From Candidatus Parcubacteria bacterium (lineage in GTDB: Bacteria; Patescibacteriota; Minisyncoccia; Phycocordibacterales; UBA918), in contig JBJOPW010000004.1 of the NCBI GenBank assembly GCA_046050355.1, positions 13,755-77,754 of the forward strand: a stretch of DNA of 64,000 nucleotides, given 5' to 3'. Under the pieces are notes generated by a model. The model saw only the letters and a program-made list of their open reading frames with translations, made no database searches and was not told where the DNA came from. This document shows, one piece after another, positions 57,389 to 64,000 of the stretch. Each line of letters opens with the position of its first letter. Position 1 is the stretch's first letter. The translations under genes were made by a program, and so were the position numbers.

Positions 57389-59284
57389 TTAGACGATCCG
57401 GTCGGGATTGACGGTTATAGCCACATGCGGTGGCAAATGTCGTAGTAGCTCCACCAAGTGTGTCGTGTCCGTATTCTTGTCAGCGCGGATGAGGCAGTGG
57501 CGAATGGGCTTTGAGGCTGGTGATTGTGGATTGGTGTAGAACTGCGGCCCGACGGCAAGCGTACCAAGGGTGGTCTTGATGAGCTTCTCGGTTTCTTCGA
57601 TATGCTCTTGCGCTCCCTGCCAGGTGAGGAGGTAGAAGGTGGTGTACGGCGGGTAGGCAAGCATCTCGCGGAGATGGAGCTCGTCATCATGAAAGCGGTC
57701 AGTCGCACCACGGGCGGCGTAGAGAAGGAGGTCGTCATTGTCGGAGCGAGTCTGGACAATCACTTCGTGACTACTCTTTTCGCGGAGGGTGAGGAGGAGA
57801 CGAAACAGTGACTCATCCGCGCGCCAGGTCGGGATAGCGCGCACGGCGTCAAGCGAGACTATCGCTGAGAGGTAGGGGTGGTTTGGTAGATAGGCCATGG
57901 CCATGCTCGTGCCAAGGAGGATAGCGCCTTTATGACCTTCGATGGTTTTCTTTTGGGCCAGAGCTTTTTTGTGGGTGCCAGCGGTGGTGGCATCCATCAC
58001 CACCAGTGGTACTGCGGGAAACAGTTTTTTTACTTCGTCTTCAATAAACTGGATGCCAATGCCGCGTTCGCGCAGTCGCCATGAGCCACAGTCTGGACAG
58101 ACATCACTGGCGCGGACACGCTTGCCCGAGGTAGAGGAAATAAACCACCGTTCCTCTCCCTTGGTCGGATGGTGGGTACGAAGAAGCGAGTACGGTGTAC
58201 CTGAATCCGGACAGCGGAAGATGTGTCCGCAATCAATGCAAGCGACTACCGGTGAGAGGCCACGCCTAGCGGCATAGAGAAAGACATTGTGTCTGCCTTC
58301 AATCGCTGTTTCGATACGCTTGATGAGCTCGGGCGAAAATAGTGCAAATGGCACTTCGGGTGTGGGTTTGTCGTGCTGGTGAATGATGGAGAGAGATGCA
58401 TCAACCGAAAGACGGCGCTGCGGCTCACCGTAGGGGATGTAGCGGTCGTTCCGGAGCTGGTATTCGTCATCGGTGCGGGTGGTGATGTCTCCAATAATGA
58501 TGGCGCGCTGCGCAACCTTCGCCAGTGCTAAGAGTGCGACGCGATGATCGAGATACGGTCGGGTACGCTCAATGTAGTGATTACTACCAGCGTTTTCAAT
58601 TATGATCGTAGTGAAATCAGACCGGTCGAGATAGGCAAAGTGCGGTGTGGTAATAATAAGTGACGCGCGCGATAGATCGGCAAACTGCGCGTAGGCCTTT
58701 TGACGCGAGGTCTTCGTCTGTTCACCACTAAAACAGACGACTCGGTCTTCGATACCATGGCGAAGGGCTTCGTAGAGGACGGTGACAGCAGCTGCCGATG
58801 GCGCAACCAGGAGTACCGATCCGCGGTGGGCAAACGCACGTCTGACGATGGCTTGGTAGGCAATAAAACGTTCTTTTAGGGGAGCGGCGAGGAGTTGTGG
58901 GGTCGGGTCTTCACCAGCCTGGTGGCAGGGGAGTGGTGGGTATGAGACGGTACCCGAACGTACATCAGGCGGGAGCAGAGAAAAGAGAATAGCACCACGT
59001 TTGGCGGGGAGGATTTTGTAGAGGGCTTCGACGGTATTAAGGAGGTGGTGTGAGAGGGTAGTGGTGCGTTGATCGGGAGCGAGCTTCCGCAGCGAGAAGG
59101 TGGCGGCCTTGAGTGCGGTCTTGGCACTTGAGACCGGTGAGACTTCAATTACGACACCAGCTACGGTTTTGCCCCGGACGGGGATTTGCACAATAGTACC
59201 GCGACTGTAGCCGTGACTGCAAAAATAGGTCAAGGATTCTATCTGAACGCCTCGGACGAGTGGTATGACCTCAATGACGTACAT
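57389..59284 (-). CDS. priA: primosomal protein N' (PriA)-like, helicase motifs degenerate
   Basis: N-terminal LTY..G.IVQIP, RRG, CIDC/CPDC, GIG, VIVQT, YPPY; no Walker A seen. Confidence 0.8.
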   Translation of the reverse strand: MYVIEVIPLVRGVQIESLTYFCSHGYSRGTIVQIPVRGKTVAGVVIEVSPVSSAKTALKAATFSLRKLAPDQRTTTLSHHLLNTVEALYKILPAKRGAILFSLLPPDVRSGTVSYPPLPCHQAGEDPTPQLLAAPLKERFIAYQAIVRRAFAHRGSVLLVAPSAAAVTVLYEALRHGIEDRVVCFSGEQTKTSRQKAYAQFADLSRASLIITTPHFAYLDRSDFTTIIIENAGSNHYIERTRPYLDHRVALLALAKVAQRAIIIGDITTRTDDEYQLRNDRYIPYGEPQRRLSVDASLSIIHQHDKPTPEVPFALFSPELIKRIETAIEGRHNVFLYAARRGLSPVVACIDCGHIFRCPDSGTPYSLLRTHHPTKGEERWFISSTSGKRVRASDVCPDCGSWRLRERGIGIQFIEDEVKKLFPAVPLVVMDATTAGTHKKALAQKKTIEGHKGAILLGTSMAMAYLPNHPYLSAIVSLDAVRAIPTWRADESLFRLLLTLREKSSHEVIVQTRSDNDDLLLYAARGATDRFHDDELHLREMLAYPPYTTFYLLTWQGAQEHIEETEKLIKTTLGTLAVGPQFYTNPQSPASKPIRHCLIRADKNTDTTHLVELLRHLPPHVAITVNPDRIV

Positions 59285-59361
59285 CTGTTGAGTATAGCAA
59301 ATTTAACCCATTATACGTCTCCACAGGGTATATTGTTTGTTTTATAGATATGTTTTAGGGG

Positions 59362-59404
59362 GGGGTCCAACCCCGAGATATCTAATCTCGGGGTTGGACC
59401 CCTA
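59362..59404. repeat. REP-like palindrome pair
   Basis: GGGGTCCAACCCCGAGAT and its inverted copy; same unit as 40822-40863. Confidence 0.8.
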
Positions 59405-59427
59405 AAATTTTATTGTAATTTTAGAAA

Positions 59428-60930
59428 TTATAGCTCCTCGAGGTAGTTGATATTGGCTCCAAGCGACTGGAGGCGAGCAACGAGGTTTTCGTACCCACGG
59501 TTGATACTGTAGATATTGCGGAGGACCGACTTGCCCGAGGCACCGAGCATCGCAATGAGGAGGATAGTAGCGGGGCGCAGGGCTGGCGGACAGATGAGCT
59601 CAGTGGCACGCAGTGGGGTCGGTCCGGTGATATAGATACGGTGTGGGTCAGCGAGCACGGTGTCAGCGCCGAGCTTTTCGAGTTCGGTAAAGTAGATGGC
59701 GCGCTTTTCGTACATCCAGTCGTGGATGAGGGTTTGGCCGTCGGCCTGGGTGGCTATGACCGCAAAGAAGGGAAGGTTGTCGGCGTTAAGTCCTGGGTAC
59801 GGGCGGGAGTGCACCTTCTCGAGTGAGGCGTGGAGCTTTGAGGGCTTGAGCTTGAGGTCAACCAGCTTCACTTGGCCGTTTTTGCCAAAGTAGGGCTTAC
59901 TCTTCGTGTATTCAAGTCCCATCTTTTCAAGCACGAGGAGTTCGAGTTCAAGGAACTCAATCGGACAGCGGGTAATAGTGATGGCGGAATTGGTTACAAT
60001 GGCAGCCGCAATAAAGAACATCGAGTCAGTTGGGTCTTCGGCGAGGGTGTACTCGATATTCATGTTGATGTCTGCGACACCTGTGACGGTAAGCGTGGTA
60101 GTACCAAAGCCTTCGATTTTCACACCGAGTCGTTCGAGGAAGACACAAATCTCTTGCACCATATAGTTCGCACTCGCGTACTTGATGGTGGTGGTTCCAG
60201 TATGGCGGGCGGCCGCAAAGAGGGCGTTTTCGGTTACGGTGTCACCTGATTCAAAGAGGATAATTTCACTTGGTGACTTCGGTACGTACTTCACCTTAAA
60301 GGCGTCGTTGGTCGTTTCGATATCTACTCCAAAGTGCTCAAGGGCAAAGAAGTGCGGACGCACCGTCCGACTACCGAGCTTGCAGCCACCAGACTGAGGC
60401 AAGGCGAACTCTGGCATGGTATGGATGAGAGCGCCAATGAACATGATGATACTGCGGGTCTTGCGCGCTGCTTCAGCGTCAATCTTTTTGAGGTTGTACT
60501 TTTTTGGTGGAGTGAGGGTCACCGTTGAGCCACTCCATGAGACCCCCATGCCAATACTCTCGAGTACCTCAAGGATGCGGTGTACTTCTTCAATGCGGGG
60601 CATGCGGTGGAGGGTGGTTACACCACGGTTGAGGAGGGAAGCGCAGAGAAGTCCCACGGCACCATTTTTTGAAGTGTTGGTTTCAATCGTACCCGAAAGC
60701 TTCTTCTTGCCTTCGATGACGACGTTCATGGTGCCAGGGGAGAGGGTAACGAGGTTTTTGCCGAGGGCAGCACTTAATTTTCGTAACATATCAGTAGTGA
60801 GATTTTGGGTACCACTCTCAATTCGCGCAATGGCTGATTGCGTTGTCTTAATTTTTTTGGCTAAGTCACTCTGGGTGAGACCCTCTGCACCACGAATATC
60901 AGCGATACGCTTTCCAATGTTGTTATCCAT
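59428..60930 (-). CDS. murA: UDP-N-acetylglucosamine 1-carboxyvinyltransferase with N-terminal XRE HTH
   Basis: GLTQSDLA..TTQSAIARIESG; SKN, GGCKLGSR, PYPG, INRGYE. Confidence 0.93.
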   Translation of the reverse strand: MDNNIGKRIADIRGAEGLTQSDLAKKIKTTQSAIARIESGTQNLTTDMLRKLSAALGKNLVTLSPGTMNVVIEGKKKLSGTIETNTSKNGAVGLLCASLLNRGVTTLHRMPRIEEVHRILEVLESIGMGVSWSGSTVTLTPPKKYNLKKIDAEAARKTRSIIMFIGALIHTMPEFALPQSGGCKLGSRTVRPHFFALEHFGVDIETTNDAFKVKYVPKSPSEIILFESGDTVTENALFAAARHTGTTTIKYASANYMVQEICVFLERLGVKIEGFGTTTLTVTGVADINMNIEYTLAEDPTDSMFFIAAAIVTNSAITITRCPIEFLELELLVLEKMGLEYTKSKPYFGKNGQVKLVDLKLKPSKLHASLEKVHSRPYPGLNADNLPFFAVIATQADGQTLIHDWMYEKRAIYFTELEKLGADTVLADPHRIYITGPTPLRATELICPPALRPATILLIAMLGASGKSVLRNIYSINRGYENLVARLQSLGANINYLEEL

Positions 60931-61023
60931 ACCTACTTATTAGCTAATTACTACAAACTATAGCATATATGCTATATGCTTGTCATTTGCCCCGTGGGCA
61001 AAAACCTGTACTATGTGTGGTGC

Positions 61024-62037
61024 ATGTTCGATCGCTTTGCGCCCAAAATTGGTATCGATCTTGGTACCACCAGTGTGCTCGTCTATATACCTGGACACGG
61101 GATTGTGCTTAATGAACCGTCAGTGGTGGCCGTGGGTGATAACCGGCAGGTCCTCGCCGTCGGCGCCGAAGCCAAAGCGATGATTGGCCGTACTCCTGAT
61201 AATATCCGCGCCTACCGTCCGATGAAAGACGGCGTTATTGCGGACTACCGCGTGACTGAGGCGATGTTGCGCTACTTCCTCGGTAAGGCACTTGGTAAGT
61301 ACAATCTCTTTAAACCCGATGTGATGGTATCGGTGCCGGCCGGAGTGACCTCAACCGAACGGCGGGCAGTAGTCGAAGCAGCGATGAATGCTGGCGCGCG
61401 TAATGCGTATGTGGTCAAAGAGCCGATTCTCGCTGCCATTGGTGCCGGCGTACCTATATATGATGCCGAAGGCCATATGATTGTCGATATTGGTGGCGGG
61501 ACAATCGACGTGGCGGTGATTTCGCTCGGGGGTATTGTAGCCGCAAACTCGGTGAAGTGTGCCGGCAATCGTATTGATACCGCTATCATTGATTACGTAA
61601 AAAAGTCTCGCAATCTCTCGATTGGTGAAAAGACGGCGGAAGAGGTGAAGATTAAAGTCGGTTCAGCGTTGCCGCTTGAGGAAGAACTCGTCATGGAACT
61701 CAAAGGACGTGATGTCTTTACGGGGCTCCCGCGCACCACTGAGATTCGCACCAACGAAGTGGTACGCGCTATCGGCAAGGAACTCCGTGAGATGATCAAA
61801 GCCATCAAAGACGTCTTTCAGGAGACGCCACCAGAGCTCGCGTCCGATATCATCGACGGTGGTATCATCATGACCGGTGGTACCTCGCAGCTCCGCAACT
61901 TCCCAGAACTGGTACGACGTCGTACCGGAGTGAAGGCGGTCTTGGCTGACCAGGCGCTGTTTTGTGTGGTGAAGGGGACGGGGGTGGCGCTGGAACATCT
62001 GGCCACCTACAAACGTGCTATTCTCACCAAACGTTAA
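61024..62037 (+). CDS. mreB: rod shape-determining protein MreB
   Basis: GIDLGT, EPSVVA, RPMKDGVIAD, DIGGGT, TGG. Confidence 0.96.
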   Translation: MFDRFAPKIGIDLGTTSVLVYIPGHGIVLNEPSVVAVGDNRQVLAVGAEAKAMIGRTPDNIRAYRPMKDGVIADYRVTEAMLRYFLGKALGKYNLFKPDVMVSVPAGVTSTERRAVVEAAMNAGARNAYVVKEPILAAIGAGVPIYDAEGHMIVDIGGGTIDVAVISLGGIVAANSVKCAGNRIDTAIIDYVKKSRNLSIGEKTAEEVKIKVGSALPLEEELVMELKGRDVFTGLPRTTEIRTNEVVRAIGKELREMIKAIKDVFQETPPELASDIIDGGIIMTGGTSQLRNFPELVRRRTGVKAVLADQALFCVVKGTGVALEHLATYKRAILTKR

Positions 62038-62043
62038 TTTTAC

Positions 62044-62162
62044 CAAGTGGTAATTTTGAGCAATAGCTTTGTTGCGTCTCTCGCTCAATCTTTCATCGTA
62101 CAGCAGTACGCCTCAAGTTTTCGCTCCGCCGCGCCTCGCTCTTATCTCAAAATAACCACTTG
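62044..62162. repeat. ~120-bp intergenic element with 17-bp terminal inverted repeats
   Basis: CAAGTGGTAATTTTGAG / CTCAAAATAACCACTTG (16/17); central CGTAC-GTACG hairpin. Confidence 0.55.
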
Positions 62163-62348
62163 CAGAACATTTGTACATACTTATTAATTCATATAACAAT
62201 ACATCTCCTTCCAAAATCAGTCGTTCTTCGCGTTCTTCATCTAGAATTAACACTTCATGTCAAACTGAGATTTTAATAGTCTCTTATTTGATTGGAAAGC
62301 GCTTTTTTCAGCCATGGTCATTTTGTGCTATACTAGGGTTATTCCGCT

Positions 62349-63275
62349 ATGCTGCACGTCTTTTGGTTAGTCTTGGTTGATTTATGGCATTTCCTCCTCG
62401 GGACAGAAACGGTAGAAACGCGTACCTCAACTTCATCGTCGACACCGGTTTTGTCGTCGCGTGCCCATTACACCGAACTGCCTGGTAAAACTGAAAATGT
62501 TGCACTGCACAAATCACCATCACCACTATCGCTACCGGTAGCAGATGCCGCCCTTGAAGCGACCGAATCGCCTGAGGTTGTACTCCCTCTGCAAACTCCC
62601 ACAATCACCACTGAAACCCTCAACAAGCCCGGGATGCTCTATGTGGTTCGCGCTATCACAGGAACAAAACTATTCAAAGAACCGGTCCAGCAGTTTGATA
62701 GTCAGTTGCGAACTTTGCCGTACGGACAGATAGTGGCACTTCGTCACTTTGAAGGACAGTATGCAGAAGTGCTCGCCTACGGCCAAGTTGGCTTTGTACA
62801 CAAAGATGCGCTCACACCCGAGCTTGAGACTATTTGGCCCACGCTCGTTTCCGGTACTGTCTACCTCGCTGATAGTGAAGTAGCAAAAATCTACCGCCAG
62901 CATATCGCGGATGAGTTCCTTGGTGGTGCGATTGGTCTACCACTAACCGCTGAAGAGTATGTGACCGTGCGTCTCTTGCGCGATCGTCTCGCTATCGCCT
63001 GGCCGCCAGCCCGTCCTCGTCTCGCTGGTTCGTGGCATACACTCCTACGCGGTGTGTCTGGGGTACGGAGCATGATTGCGCCACAGCCAGATACGATTAT
63101 CGAATGGTTCCTCGAAGATGAGGTGGGACGATTAGGCTACGTCGAAGCGGTGTTACCGGACGAGACCTTGAAGATCAGTGCTGTCGGCGCGATGGTCCCT
63201 GGTGAATATACCGAATCAATTGTCCCAGCCGCCGTTTGGCGCGAGTGGCGACCGGTGTTTATAAATGTGCGATAA
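62349..63275 (+). CDS. hypothetical protein with SH3b-like domain
   Basis: LPYGQIV...YAEV..GQVGFV; C-terminal region resembles a degenerate NlpC/CHAP-like fold (uncertain). Confidence 0.6.
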   Translation: MLHVFWLVLVDLWHFLLGTETVETRTSTSSSTPVLSSRAHYTELPGKTENVALHKSPSPLSLPVADAALEATESPEVVLPLQTPTITTETLNKPGMLYVVRAITGTKLFKEPVQQFDSQLRTLPYGQIVALRHFEGQYAEVLAYGQVGFVHKDALTPELETIWPTLVSGTVYLADSEVAKIYRQHIADEFLGGAIGLPLTAEEYVTVRLLRDRLAIAWPPARPRLAGSWHTLLRGVSGVRSMIAPQPDTIIEWFLEDEVGRLGYVEAVLPDETLKISAVGAMVPGEYTESIVPAAVWREWRPVFINVR

Positions 63276-63282
63276 TGGGTCT

Positions 63283-63981
63283 ATGCAAAAAGTCGCCTTT
63301 TTTGATATTGACGGAACCTTGTTTCGGTCGAGTCTCCTCATAGAACTGGTGGAGGCGCTCATTAATGAAGGCATTTTCCCGGTGGAGTCGCGTGATGTGT
63401 ACTTAAACGAACGCCGGCAGTGGCTTGATCGTGAAGGTACGTACGATGCGTATATCGCTGCTCTCATTGATGCCTTCTTACAGCACATCAAAGGTGTCCA
63501 CTATGGTACCTTTGCCGATGTTGGAAAGCGAGTAGTCGCTCGTCACCAAAAGCGTGTCTATCGGTACACTCGTGATTTGATTCGTGAGCTGAAGCGCGAT
63601 GGTTACTTCCTCGTCGCAATCTCACAATCACCAAAGACGGTGCTTGATGCCTTCTGTAAAGACTACGGCTTTGATAAGGTCTACGGACGCATCTATGATA
63701 TTGGTCCGCAGGACCGCTTTACCGGTGAGGTGCAAGATGAACACCTCATCGAGAACAAAGCAAACATTGTCGCGCGGGTGTTTGAGAAGCATCCTGAACT
63801 GACTCGTGATGGGGCGGTCGCGGTCGGGGACACCGATGGCGATATTCCACTGCTGGCCTCAGTTGCTCGTCCGATTTGTATCAACCTTTGGGAGCAAACC
63901 CCTCGCCTTCAGGCGATTCTTTTAAGGTGGTACACTACACTCCATGCAACTCTACCGCAAGACCAGCCATACCGTCTTTGA
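63283..63981 (+). CDS. HAD-IB family phosphatase, C-terminus probably replaced by IS sequence
   Basis: FFDIDGT, ISQSP, K, GDTDGD; similarity appears to end at PICIN (~63886). Confidence 0.85.
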   Translation: MQKVAFFDIDGTLFRSSLLIELVEALINEGIFPVESRDVYLNERRQWLDREGTYDAYIAALIDAFLQHIKGVHYGTFADVGKRVVARHQKRVYRYTRDLIRELKRDGYFLVAISQSPKTVLDAFCKDYGFDKVYGRIYDIGPQDRFTGEVQDEHLIENKANIVARVFEKHPELTRDGAVAVGDTDGDIPLLASVARPICINLWEQTPRLQAILLRWYTTLHATLPQDQPYRL

Positions 63982-64000
63982 TTGCAAATACCACCTCGTC
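63887..64000 (+). mobile_element. tnpA: IS200/IS605-family left end with start of tnpA (ATG 63944, runs off the window)
   Basis: Subterminal hairpin TCGCC-TTCA-GGCGA; MQLYRKTSHTVFDCKYHLV is a typical Y1 transposase N-terminus. Confidence 0.8.

Overview
The window has two parts. (1) Bases 19-29135 look like one integrative element. It is bounded by a 9-bp direct repeat (GTGGGTCAC at 19-27 and 29127-29135) that splits both its own large serine recombinase and a host pyrE-like gene. Joining the ends in silico gives a quasi-palindromic attP, a longer recombinase and an in-frame pyrE. The element carries a mobilisation module (two VirD4/TraD-like ATPases, a Replic_Relax protein, DUF932, DUF3768), a type III R-M system with DUF4391 and an SNF2 helicase, AlpA, an H-NS of alphaproteobacterial type, and a P4-like tyrosine integrase with an apparently unused tRNA-type attP. 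It also carries an unrecognised B12-radical SAM / MOSC-ATL / nucleoside deoxyribosyltransferase operon, a Ubl-E2-JAB/E1-DUF6527 ubiquitination-like operon and an orphan AbiEii-WYL fusion. (2) Bases ~29136-64000 are housekeeping chromosome that reads like Patescibacteria (CPR, Parcubacteria-like): parB, rel, topA, dprA, serS, dus, dnaX, a pilin, creD, fmt, def, degenerate priA, HTH-murA, mreB and three tRNAs without encoded CCA. tRNA-Asn contains a group I intron, and all three tRNAs are followed by a structured 'echo' of their own 3' end. An IS200/IS605 left end starts at the right edge. All family and taxonomic calls come from motif recognition by eye; no searches were run.
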